Shown here piece by piece: positions 42,171-56,500 of a DNA stretch of 64,000 nt. The stretch covers positions 2,728,001-2,792,000 of the forward strand of contig OZ024745.1 of assembly GCA_964016885.1 (NCBI GenBank), read 5' to 3'. The DNA is from Eledone cirrhosa (Eukaryota). The notes under the pieces are model-generated. The model did not search any database, was not told the origin of the DNA, and saw nothing but the letters and a program-made list of their open reading frames with translations. The position numbers were made by a program, and so were the translations under genes. The first letter of the stretch is position 1. Each line of letters starts with the position of its first letter.

Positions 42171-44589
42171 CCACTTATATAATTATATAACAGTGTTGGT
42201 GGTTGTATGGTAGAACGAGTTATATAATTATATAACAGTGTTGGTGGTTGTATGGTAGAAACAGTTATATAATTATATAACAGTGTTGGTGGTTGTATGG
42301 TAGAACCAGTTATATAATTATATAACAGTGTTGGTGGTTGTATGGTAGAACCAGTGATATAATTATATAACAGTGTTGGTGGTTTTATGGTAGAACCAGT
42401 TATATAATTATATAACAGTTGGTGGTTGTATGGTAGAACCAGTGATATAATTATATAACAGTGTTGGTGGTTGTATGGTAGAACCAGTTACATAATTATA
42501 TAACAGTGTTGGTGGTTGTATGGTAGAACCAGTTATATAATTATATAACAGTTGGTGGTTGTATGGTAGAACCAGTGATATAATTATATAACAGTGTTGG
42601 TGGCTGTATGGTAGAACCAGTTATATAATTATATAACAGTTGGTGGTTGTATAGTAGAACGAGTGATATAATTATATAACAGTGTTGGTGGTTGTATGGT
42701 AGAACCAGTGATATAATTATATAACAGTGTTGGCGGTTGTATGGTAGAACCAGTTATATAATTATATAACAGTGTTGGTGGTTGTATGGTAGAACCAGTT
42801 ATATAATTATATAACAGTTGGTGGTTGTATGGCAGAACCAGTTATATAATTATATAACAGTGTTGGTGGTTGTATGGTAGAACCAGTGATATAATTATAT
42901 AACAGTGTTGGTGGTTGTATGGTAGAACCAGTTATATAATTATATAACAGTTGGTGGTTGTATGGTAGAACCAGTGATATAATTATATAACAGTGTTGGT
43001 GGTTGTATGGTAGAACCAGTTATATAATTATATAACAGTGTTGGTGGTTGTATGGTAGAACCAGTTATATAAATATATAACAGTGTTGGTGGTTGTATGG
43101 TAGAACCAGTGATATAATTATATAACAGTGTTGGTGGTGGTATGGTAGAACCAGTTATATAATTATATAACAGTGTTGGTGGTGGTATGGTAGAACCAGT
43201 TATATAATTATATAACAGTCTTGGTGGTTGTATGGTAGAACCACTGGTTATATAATTATATAACAGTGTTGGTGGTTGTATGGTAGAACCAATTATATTT
43301 ATATAACAGTGTTGGTGGTTGTATGGTAGAACCAGTGATATAATTATATAACCGTGTTGGTGGTGGTATGGTAGAACCAGTTATATAATTATATAACAGT
43401 GTTGGTGGTGGTATGGTAGAACCAGTTATATAATTATATAACAGTGTTGGTGGTTGTATGGTAGAACCAGTGATATAATTATATAACAGTGTTGGTGGTG
43501 GTATGGTAGAACCAGTTATATAATTATATAACAGTGTTGGTGGTTGTATGGTAGAACCAGTTATATAATTATATAACAGTGTTAGTGGTTGTATGGTAGA
43601 ACCACTGGTTATATAATTATATAACAGTGTTGGTGGTTGTATGGTAGAACCAGTTATATAATTATATAACAGTTGGTGGTTGTATGGTAGAACCAGTTAT
43701 ATAATTATATAACAGTGTTGGTGGTTGTATGGTAGAACCAGTTATATAATTATATAACAGTGTTGGTGGTTGTATGGTAGAACCAGTTATATAATTATAT
43801 AACAGTGTTGGTGGTTGTATGGTAGAACCAGTTATATAATTATATAACAGTGTTGGTGGTTGTATGGTAGAACCAGTTATATAATTATATAACAGTGTTG
43901 GTGGTTGTATGGTAGAACGAGTTATATAATTATATAACAGTGTTGGTGTTTGTATGGTAGAACGAGTTATATAATTATATAACAGTGTTGGTGGTTGTAT
44001 GGTAGAACCAGTTATATAATTATATAACAGTGTTGGTGGTTGTATGGTAGAACCAGTTATATAATTATATAACAGTGTTGGCGGTTGTATGGTAGAACCA
44101 CTTATATAATTATATAACAGTGTTGGTGGTTGTATGGTAGAACCAGTTATATAATTATATAACAGTGTTGGCGGTTGTATGGTAGAACCAGTTATATAAT
44201 TATATAACAGTGTTGGTGGTTGTATGGTAGAACCAGTTATATAATTATATAACAGTGTTGGTGGTTGTATGGTAGAACGAGTTATATAATTATATAACAG
44301 TGTTGGTGGTTGTATGGTAGAACGAGTTATATAATTATATAACAGTGTTGGTGGTTGTATGGTAGAACCAGTGATATAATTATATAACAGTGTTGGTGGT
44401 TTTATGGTAGAACCAGTTATATAATTATATAACAGTTGGTGGTTGTATGGTAGAACCAGTGATATAATTATATAACAGTGTTGGTGGTTGTATGGTAGAA
44501 CCAGTTACATAATTATATAACAGTGTTGGTGGTTGTATGGTAGAACCAGTTATATAATTATAAAACAGTTGGTGGTTGTATGGTATAAC

Positions 44590-47500
44590 CAGTGATATAA
44601 TTATATAACAGTGTTGGTGGCTGTATAGTAGAACCAGTTATATAATTATATTACAGTTGGTGGTTGTATAGTAGAACCAGTGATATAATTATATAACAGT
44701 GTTGGTGGTTGTATGGTAGAACCAGTGATATAATTATATAACAGTGTTGGCGGATGTATGGTAGAACCAGTTATATAATTATATAAAAGTGTTGGTGGTT
44801 GTATGGTAGAACCAGTTATATAATTATATAACAGTTGGTGGTTGTATGGTAGAACCAGTTATATAATTATATAACAGTGTTGGTGGTTGTATGGTAGAAC
44901 CAGTGATATAATTATATAACAGTGTTGGTGGTTGTATGGTAGAACCAGTTATATAATTATATAACAGTTGGTGGTTGTATGGTAGAACCAGTGATATAAT
45001 TATATAACAGTGTTGGTGGTTGTATGGTAGAACCAGTTATATAATTATATAACAGTGTTGGTGGTTGTATGGTAGAACCAGTTATATAATTATATAACAG
45101 TGTTGGTGGTTGTATGGTAGAACCAGTGATATAATTATATAAAAGTGTTGGTGGTGGTATGGTAGAACCAGTTATATAATTATATAACAGTGTTGGTGGT
45201 GGTATGGTAGAACCAGTTATATAATTATATAACAGTGTTGGTGGTTGTGTGGTAGAACCAATGGTTATATAATTATATAACAGTGTTGGTGGTTGTATGG
45301 TAGAACCAGTTATATAATTATATAACAGTGTTGGTGGTTGTATGGTAGAACCAGTGATATAATTATATAACAGTGTTGGTGTGTGGTATGGTAGAACCAG
45401 TTATATAATTATAAACAGTGTTGGTGGTGGTATGGTAGAACCAGTTATATAATTATATAACAGTGTTGGTGGTTGTATGGTAGAACCAGTGATATAATTA
45501 TATAACAGTGTTGGTGGTGGTATGGTAGAACCAGTTATATAATTATATAACAGTGTTGGTGGTTGTATGGTAGAACCAGTTATATAATTATATAACAGTG
45601 TTGGTGGTTGTATGGTAGAATCACTGGTTATATAATTATATAACAGTGTTGGTGGTTGTATGGTAGAACCAGTTATATAATTATATAACAGTTGGTGGTT
45701 GTATGGTAGAACCAGTTAAATAATTATATAACAGTGTTGGTGGTTGTATGGTAGAACCAGTTATATAATTATATAACAGTGTTGGCGGTTGTATGGTAGA
45801 ACCAGTTATATAATTATATAACAGTGTTGGTGGTTGTATGGTAGAACCAGTTATATAATTATATAACAGTGTTGGTGGTTGTATAGTAGAACGAGTTATA
45901 TAATTATATAACAGTGTTGGTGGTTGTATGGTAAAACCAGTTATATAATTATATAACAGTGTTGGTGGTTGTATGGTAGAACGAGTTATATAATTATATA
46001 ACAGTGTTGGTGGTTGTATGGTAGAATGAGTTATATAATTATATAACAGTGTTGGTGGTTGTATGGTAGAACGAGTTATATAATTATATAACAGTGTTGA
46101 TGGTTGTATGGTAGAACGAGTTATATAATTATATAACAGTCTTGGTGGTTGTATGGTAGAACCAGTTATATAATTATATAACAGTGTTGGTGGTTGTATG
46201 GTAGAACCAGTTATATAATTATATAACAGTGTTGGTGGTTGTATGGTAGAACGAGTTATATAATTATATAACAGTGTTGGTGGTTGTATGGTAGAACCAG
46301 TTATATAATTATATAACAGTGTTGGTGGTTGTATGGTAGAACCACTGGTTATATAATTATATAACAGTGTTGGCGGTTGTATGGTAGAACCAGTTATATA
46401 ATTATATAACAGTGTTAGTGGTTGTATGGTAGAACGAGTTATATAATTATATAACAGTGTTGGTGGTTGTATGGTAGAACCAGTTATATAATTATATAAC
46501 AGTGTTGGTGGTTGTATGGTAGAACCAGTTATATAATTATATAACAGTGTTGGTGGCTATATGGTAGAACCAGTGATATAATTATATAACAGTGTTGGTG
46601 GTTGTATGGTAGAACCAGTTATATAATTATATAACAGTTGGTGGTTGTATAGTAGAACCAGTGATATAATTATATAACAGTGTTGGTGGTTGCATGGTAG
46701 AACCAGTTATATAATTATATAACAGTGTTGGTGGTTGTATGGTAGAACCAGTTATATAATTATATAACAGTTGGTGGTTGTATAGTAGAACCAGTGATAT
46801 AATTATATAACAGTGTTGGTGATTGCATGGTAGAACCAGTTATATAATTATATAACAGTGTTGGTGGTTGTATGGTAGAACCAGTTATATAATTATATAA
46901 CAATGTTGGTGGTTGTATGGTAGAACCAGTTATATAATTATATAACAGTGTTGGTGGTGGTATGGTAGAACCAGTTATATAATTATATAACAGTGTTGGT
47001 GGTGGTATGGTAGAACCAGTTATATAATTATATAACAGTGTTGGTGGTTGTATGGTAGAACCACTGGTTATATAATTATATAACAGTGTTGGTGGTTGTA
47101 TGGTACAACTAGTTATATAATTATATAACAATGTTGGTGGTTGTATGGTAGAACCAGTGATATAATTATATAACAGGGTTGGTGGTGGTATGGTAGAACC
47201 AGTTATATAATTATATAACAGTGTTGGTGGTGGTATGGTAGAACCAGTTATATAATTATATAACAGTGTTGGTGGTTGTATGGTAGAACCAGTGATATAA
47301 TTATATAACAGTGTTGGTGGTGGTATGGTAGAACCAGTTATATAATTATATAACAGTGTTGGTGGTTGTATGGTAGAACCAGTTATATAATTATATAACA
47401 GTGTTGGTGGTTGTATGGTAGAACCACTGGTTATATAATTATATAACAGTGTTGGTGGTTGTATGGTAGAACCAGTTATATAATTATATAACAGTGTTGG

Positions 47501-50500
47501 TGGTTGTATAGTAGAACCAGTTATATAATTATATAACAGTGTTGGCGGTTGTATGGTAGAATCAGTTATATAATTATATAACAGTGTTGGTGGTTGTATG
47601 GTAGAACCAGTTATATAATTATATAACAGTGTTGGCGGTGGTATGGTAGAACCAGTTATATAATTATATAACAGTGTTGGTGGTTGTATGGTAGAACCAG
47701 TTATATAATTATATAACAGTGTTGGTGGTTGTATGGTAGAACCAGTTATATAATTATATAACAGTGTTGGTGGTTGTATGGTAGAACCAGTTATATAATT
47801 ATATAACAGTGTTGGTGGTTGTATGGTAGAACGAGTTATATAATTATATAACAGTGTTGGTGGTTGTATGGTAGAACCAGTTATATAATTATATAACAGT
47901 GTTGGTGGTTGTATGGTAGAACGAGTTATATAATTATATAACAGTGTTGGTGGTTGTATGGTAGAACCAGTTATATAATTATATAACAGTGTTGGTGGTT
48001 GTATGGTAGAACCACTGGTTATATAATTATATAACAGTGTTGGCGGTTGTATGGTAGAACCAGTTATATAATTATATAACAGTGTTAGTGGTTGTATGGT
48101 AGAACGAGTTATATAATTATATAACAGTGTTGGTGGTTGTATGGTAGAACCAGTTATATAATTATATAACAGTGTTGGTGGTTGTATGGTAGAACCAGTT
48201 ATATAATTATATAACAGTGTTGGTGGCTATATGGTAGAACCACTTGTTATATAATTATATAACAGTGTTGGTGGTTTATGGTAGAACCAGTTATATAATT
48301 ATATAACAGTTGGTGGTTGTATGGTAGAACCAGTTATATAATTATATAACAGTGTTGGTGGTTGTATGGTAGAACCAGTGATATAATTATATAACAGTGT
48401 TGGTGGTTGTATGGTAGAACCAGTTATATAATTATATAACAGTTGGTGGTTGTATAGTAGAACCAGTGATATAATTATATAACAGTGTTGGTGGTTGCAT
48501 GGTAGAACCAGTTATATAATTATATAACAGTGTTGGTGGTTGTATGGTAGAACCAGTTATATAATTATATAACAGTGTTGGTGGTTGTATGGTAGAACCA
48601 GTGATATAATTATATAACAGTGTTGGTGGTGGTATGGTAGAACCAGTTATATAATTATATAACAGTGTTGGTGGTGGTATGGTAGAACCAGTTATATAAT
48701 TATATAACAGTGTTGGTGGTTGTATGGTAGAACCACTGGTTATATAATTATATAACAGTGTTGGTGGTTGTATGGTACAACTAGTTATATAATTATATAA
48801 CAGTGTTGGTGGTTGTATGGTAGAACCAGTGATATAATTATATAACAGGGTTGGTGGTGGTATGGTAGAACCAGTTATATAATTATATAACAGTGTTGGT
48901 GGTGGTATGGTAGAACCAGTTATATAATTATATAACAGTGTTGGTGGTTGTATGGTAGAACCAGTTATATAATTATATAACAGTGTTGGTGGTTGTATGG
49001 TAGAACCACTGGTTATATAATTATATAACAGTGTTGGTGTTTGTATGGTAGAACCAGTTATATAATTATATAACAGTTGGTGGTTGTATGGTAGAACCAG
49101 TTATATAATTATATAACAGTGTTGGTGGTTGTATGGTAGAACGAGTTATATAATTATATAACAGTGTTGGTGGTTGTATGGTAGAACGAGTTATATAATT
49201 ATATAACAGTGTTGGTGGTTGTATGGTAGAACCAGTTATATAATTATATAACAGTGTTGGTGGTTGTATGGTAGAACCAGTTATATAATTATATAACAGT
49301 GTTGGCGGTTGTATGGTAGAATCAGTTATATAATTATATAACAGTGTTGGTGGTTGTATGGTAGAACCAGTTATATAATTATATAACAGTGTTGGCGGTG
49401 GTATGGTAGAACCAGTTATATAATTATATAACAGTGTTGGTGGTTGTATGGTAGAACCAGTTATATAATTATATAACAGTGTTGGTGGTTGTATGGTAGA
49501 ACCAGTTATATAATTATATAACAGTGTTGGTGGTTGTATGGTAGAACCAGTTATATAATTATATAACAGTGTTGGTGGTTGTATGGTAGAACGAGTTATA
49601 TAATTATATAACAGTGTTGGTGGTTGTATGGTAGAACCAGTTATATAATTATATAACAGTGTTGGTGGTTGTATGGTAGAACCAGTTATATAATTATATA
49701 ACAGTGTTGGTGGTTGTATGGTAGAACCACTGTTTATATAATTATATAACAGTGTTGGCGGTTGTATGGTAGAACCAGTTATATAATTATATAACAGTGT
49801 TGGTGGTTGTATGGTAGAACGAGTTATATAATTATATAACAGTGTTGGTGGTTGTATGGTAGAACGAGTTATATAATTATATAACAGTGTTGGTGGTTGT
49901 ATGGTAGAACCAGTTATATAATTATATAACAGTGTTGGTGGTTGTATGGTAGAACGAGTTATATAATTATATAACAGTGTTGGTGGTTGTATGGTAGAAC
50001 GAGTTATATAATTATATAACAGTGTTGGTGGTTGTATGGTAGAACCAGTTATATAATTATATAACAGTGTTGGTGGTTGTATGGTAGAACCACTGGTTAT
50101 ATAATTATATAACAGTGTTGGCGGTTGTATGGTAGAACCAGTTATATAATTATATAAAAGTGTTAGTGGTTGTATGGTAGAACGAGTTATATAATTATAT
50201 AACAGTGTTGGTGGTTGTATGGTAGAACCAGTTATATAATTATATAACAGTGTTGGGGGCTGTATGGTAGAACCACTGGTTATATAATTATATAACAGTG
50301 TTGGCGGTTGTATGGTAGAACCAGCTATATAATTATATAACAGTTGGTGGTAGTTGTATGGTAGAACCAGTGATATAATTATATAACAGTGTTAGTGGTT
50401 GTATGGTAGAACCAGTTATATAATTATATAACAGTGTTGGTGGTTGTATGGTAGAACCAGTTATATAATTATATAACAGTGATGGTGGTTGTATGGTAGA

Positions 50501-53500
50501 AACAGTTATATAATTATATAACAGTGTTGGTGGTGGTATGGTAGAACCAGTTATATAATTATATAACAGTGTTGGTGGTTGTATGGTAGAACCAGTTATA
50601 TAATTATATAACAGTTGGTGGTTGTATGGTAGAACCAGTTATATAATTATATAACAGTGTTGGTGGTTGTATGGTAGAACGAGTTATATAATTATATAAC
50701 AGTGTTGGTGGTTGTATGGTAGAACGAGTTATATAATTATATAACAGTGTTGGTGGTTGTATGGTAGAACCAGTTATATAATTATATAACAGTGTTGGTG
50801 GTTGTATGGTAGAACCAGTTATATAATTATATAACAGTGTTGGCGGTTGTATGGTAGAATCAGTTATATAATTATATAACAGTGTTGGTGGTTGTATGGT
50901 AGAACCAGTTATATAATTATATAACAGTGTTGGCGGTGGTATGGTAGAACCAGTTATATAATTTTTTAACAGTGTTGGTGGTTGTATGGTAGAACCAGTT
51001 ATATAATTATATAACAGTGTTGGTGGTTGTATGGTAGAACCAGTTATATAATTATATAACAGTGTTGGTGGTTGTATGGTAGAACCAGTTATATAATTAT
51101 ATAACAGTGTTGGTGGTTGTATGGTAGAACGAGTTATATAATTATATAACAGTGTTGGTGGTTGTATGGTAGAACCAGTTATATAATTATATAACAGTGT
51201 TGGTGGTTGTATGGTAGAACCAGTTATATAATTATATAACAGTGTTGGTGGTTGTATGGTAGAACCACTGTTTATATAATTATATAACAGTGTTGGCGGT
51301 TGTATGGTAGAACCAGTTATATAATTATATAACAGTGTTGGTGGTTGTATGGTAGAACGAGTTATATAATTATATAACAGTGTTGGTGGTTGTATGGTAG
51401 AACGAGTTATATAATTATATAACAGTGTTGGTGGTTGTATGGTAGAACCAGTTATATAATTATATAACAGTGTTGGTGGTTGTATGGTAGAACGAGTTAT
51501 ATAATTATATAACAGTGTTGGTGGTTGTATGGTAGAACGAGTTATATAATTATATAACAGTGTTGGTGGTTGTATGGTAGAACCAGTTATATAATTATAT
51601 AACAGTGTTGGTGGTTGTATGGTAGAACCACTGGTTATATAATTATATAACAGTGTTGGCGGTTGTATGGTAGAACCAGTTATATAATTATATAAAAGTG
51701 TTAGTGGTTGTATGGTAGAACGAGTTATATAATTATATAACAGTGTTGGTGGTTGTATGGTAGAACCAGTTATATAATTATATAACAGTGTTGGGGGCTG
51801 TATGGTAGAACCACTGGTTATATAATTATATAACAGTGTTGGCGGTTGTATGGTAGAACCAGCTATATAATTATATAACAGTTGGTGGTAGTTGTATGGT
51901 AGAACCAGTGATATAATTATATAACAGTGTTGGTGGCTGTATAGTAGAACCAGTTATATAATTATATTACAGTTGGTGGTTGTATAGTAGAACCAGTGAT
52001 ATAATTATATAACAGTGTTGGTGGTTGTATGGTAGAACCAGTGATATAATTATATAACAGTGTTGGCGGATGTATGGTAGAACCAGTTATATAATTATAT
52101 AAAAGTGTTGGTGGTTGTATGGTAGAACCAGTTATATAATTATATAACAGTTGGTGGTTGTATGGTAGAACCAGTTATATAATTATATAACAGTGTTGGT
52201 GGTTGTATGGTAGAACCAGTGATATAATTATATAACAGTGTTGGTGGTTGTATGGTAGAACCAGTTATATAATTATATAACAGTTGGTGGTTGTATGGTA
52301 GAACCAGTGATATAATTATATAACAGTGTTGGTGGTTGTATGGTAGAACCAGTTATATAATTATATAACAGTGTTGGTGGTTGTATGGTAGAACCAGTTA
52401 TATAATTATATAACAGTGTTGGTGGTTGTATGGTAGAACCAGTGATATAATTATATAAAAGTGTTGGTGGTGGTATGGTAGAACCAGTTATATAATTATA
52501 TAACAGTGTTGGTGGTGGTATGGTAGAACCAGTTATATAATTATATAACAGTGTTGGTGGTTGTGTGGTAGAACCAATGGTTATATAATTATATAACAGT
52601 GTTGGTGGTTGTATGGTAGAACCAGTTATATAATTATATAACAGTGTTGGTGGTTGTATGGTAGAACCAGTGATATAATTATATAACAGTGTTGGTGTGT
52701 GGTATGGTAGAACCAGTTATATAATTATAAACAGTGTTGGTGGTGGTATGGTAGAACCAGTTATATAATTATATAACAGTGTTGGTGGTTGTATGGTAGA
52801 ACCAGTGATATAATTATATAACAGTGTTGGTGGTGGTATGGTAGAACCAGTTATATAATTATATAACAGTGTTGGTGGTTGTATGGTAGAACCAGTTATA
52901 TAATTATATAACAGTGTTGGTGGTTGTATGGTAGAATCACTGGTTATATAATTATATAACAGTGTTGGTGGTTGTATGGTAGAACCAGTTATATAATTAT
53001 ATAACAGTTGGTGGTTGTATGGTAGAACCAGTTAAATAATTATATAACAGTGTTGGTGGTTGTATGGTAGAACCAGTTATATAATTATATAACAGTGTTG
53101 GCGGTTGTATGGTAGAACCAGTTATATAATTATATAACAGTGTTGGTGGTTGTATGGTAGAACCAGTTATATAATTATATAACAGTGTTGGTGGTTGTAT
53201 AGTAGAACGAGTTATATAATTATATAACAGTGTTGGTGGTTGTATGGTAAAACCAGTTATATAATTATATAACAGTGTTGGTGGTTGTATGGTAGAACCA
53301 GTTATATAATTATATAACAGTGTTGGTGGTTGTATGGTAGAACGAGTTATATAATTATATAACAGTGTTGGTGGTTGTATGGTAGAATGAGTTATATAAT
53401 TATATAACAGTGTTGGTGGTTGTATGGTAGAACGAGTTATATAATTATATAACAGTGTTGATGGTTGTATGGTAGAACGAGTTATATAATTATATAACAG

Positions 53501-56500
53501 TCTTGGTGGTTGTATGGTAGAACCAGTTATATAATTATATAACAGTGTTGGTGGTTGTATGGTAGAACCAGTTATATAATTATATAACAGTGTTGGTGGT
53601 TGTATGGTAGAACGAGTTATATAATTATATAACAGTGTTGGTGGTTGTATGGTAGAACCAGTTATATAATTATATAACAGTGTTGGTGGTTGTATGGTAG
53701 AACCACTGGTTATATAATTATATAACAGTGTTGGCGGTTGTATGGTAGAACCAGTTATATAATTATATAACAGTGTTAGTGGTTGTATGGTAGAACGAGT
53801 TATATAATTATATAACAGTGTTGGTGGTTGTATGGTAGAACCAGTTATATAATTATATAACAGTGTTGGTGGTTGTATGGTAGAACCAGTTATATAATTA
53901 TATAACAGTGTTGGTGGCTATATGGTAGAACCAGTGATATAATTATATAACAGTGTTGGTGGTTGTATGGTAGAACCAGTTATATAATTATATAACAGTT
54001 GGTGGTTGTATAGTAGAACCAGTGATATAATTATATAACAGTGTTGGTGGTTGCATGGTAGAACCAGTTATATAATTATATAACAGTGTTGGTGGTTGTA
54101 TGGTAGAACCAGTTATATAATTATATAACAGTTGGTGGTTGTATAGTAGAACCAGTGATATAATTATATAACAGTGTTGGTGGTTGCATGGTAGAACCAG
54201 TTATATAATTATATAACAGTGTTGGTGGTTGTATGGTAGAACCAGTTATATAATTATATAACAATGTTGGTGGTTGTATGGTAGAACCAGTGATATAATT
54301 ATATAACAGTGTTGGTGGTGGTATGGTAGAACCAGTTATATAATTATATAACAGTGTTGGTGGTGGTATGGTAGAACCAGTTATATAATTATATAACAGT
54401 GTTGGTGGTTGTATGGTAGAACCACTGGTTATATAATTATATAACAGTGTTGGTGGTTGTATGGTACAACTAGTTATATAATTATATAACAGTGTTGGTG
54501 GTTGTATGGTAGAACCAGTGATATAATTATATAACAGGGTTGGTGGTGGTATGGTAGAACCAGTTATATAATTATATAACAGTGTTGGTGGTGGTATGGT
54601 AGAACCAGTTATATAATTATATAACAGTGTTGGTGGTTGTATGGTAGAACCAGTGATATAATTATATAACAGTGTTGGTGGTGGTATGGTAGAACCAGTT
54701 ATATAATTATATAACAGTGTTGGTGGTTGTATGGTAGAACCAGTTATATAATTATATAACAGTGTTGGTGGTTGTATGGTAGAACCACTGGTTATATAAT
54801 TATATAACAGTGTTGGTGGTTGTATGGTAGAACCAGTTATATAATTATATAACAGTGTTGGTGGTTGTATGGTAGAACCAGTTATATAATTATATAACAG
54901 TGTTGGCGGTTGTATGGTAGAATCAGTTATATAATTATATAACAGTGTTGGTGGTTGTATGGTAGAACCAGTTATATAATTATATAACAGTGTTGGCGGT
55001 GGTATGGTAGAACCAGTTATATAATTATATAACAGTGTTGGTGGTTGTATGGTAGAACCAGTTATATAATTATATAACAGTGTTGGTGGTTGTATGGTAG
55101 AACCAGTTATATAATTATATAACAGTGTTGGTGGTTGTATGGTAGAACCAGTTATATAATTATATAACAGTGTTGGTGGTTGTATGGTAGAACGAGTTAT
55201 ATAATTATATAACAGTGTTGGTGGTTGTATGGTAGAACCAGTTATATAATTATATAACAGTGTTGGTGGTTGTATGGTAGAACCAGTTATATAATTATAT
55301 AACAGTGTTGGTGGTTGTATGGTAGAACCAGTTATATAATTATATAACAGTGTTGGTGGTTGTATGGTAGAACCACTGGTTATATAATTATATAACAGTG
55401 TTGGCGGTTGTATGGTAGAACCAGTTATATAATTATATAACAGTGTTAGTGGTTGTATGGTAGAACGAGTTATATAATTATATAACAGTGTTGGTGGTTG
55501 TATGGTAGAACCAGTTATATAATTATATAACAGTGTTGGTGGTTGTATGGTAGAACCAGTTATATAATTATATAACAGTGTTGGTGGCTATATGGTAGAA
55601 CCACTTGTTATATAATTATATAACAGTGTTGGTGGTTTATGGTAGAACCAGTTATATAATTATATAACAGTTGGTGGTTGTATGGTAGAACCAGTTATAT
55701 AATTATATAACAGTGTTGGTGGTTGTATGGTAGAACCAGTGATATAATTATATAACAGTGTTGGTGGTTGTATGGTAGAACCAGTTATATAATTATATAA
55801 CAGTTGGTGGTTGTATAGTAGAACCAGTGATATAATTATATAACAGTGTTGGTGGTTGCATGGTAGAACCAGTTATATAATTATATAACAGTGTTGGTGG
55901 TTGTATGGTAGAACCAGTTATATAATTATATAACAGTGTTGGTGGTTGTATGGTAGAACCAGTGATATAATTATATAACAGTGTTGGTGGTGGTATGGTA
56001 GAACCAGTTATATAATTATATAACAGTGTTGGTGGTGGTATGGTAGAACCAGTTATATAATTATATAACAGTGTTGGTGGTTGTATGGTAGAACCACTGG
56101 TTATATAATTATATAACAGTGTTGGTGGTTGTATGGTACAACTAGTTATATAATTATATAACAGTGTTGGTGGTTGTATGGTAGAACCAGTGATATAATT
56201 ATATAACAGGGTTGGTGGTGGTATGGTAGAACCAGTTATATAATTATATAACAGTGTTGGTGGTGGTATGGTAGAACCAGTTATATAATTATATAACAGT
56301 GTTGGTGGTTGTATGGTAGAACCAGTTATATAATTATATAACAGTGTTGGTGGTTGTATGGTAGAACCACTGGTTATATAATTATATAACAGTGTTGGTG
56401 GTTGTATGGTAGAACCAGTTATATAATTATATAACAGTTGGTGGTTGTATGGTAGAACCAGTTATATAATTATATAACAGTGTTGGTGGTTGTATGGTAG

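Noticed and set aside
123-47131. Seven minus-strand ORFs (70-252 aa) of LLYNYITGSTIQPPT repeats
   Set aside because: They are translations of the satellite. Six start at an alternative codon brought into frame by a 43-bp monomer, and all end at the next 43-bp frameshift. There is no unique domain or gene context.
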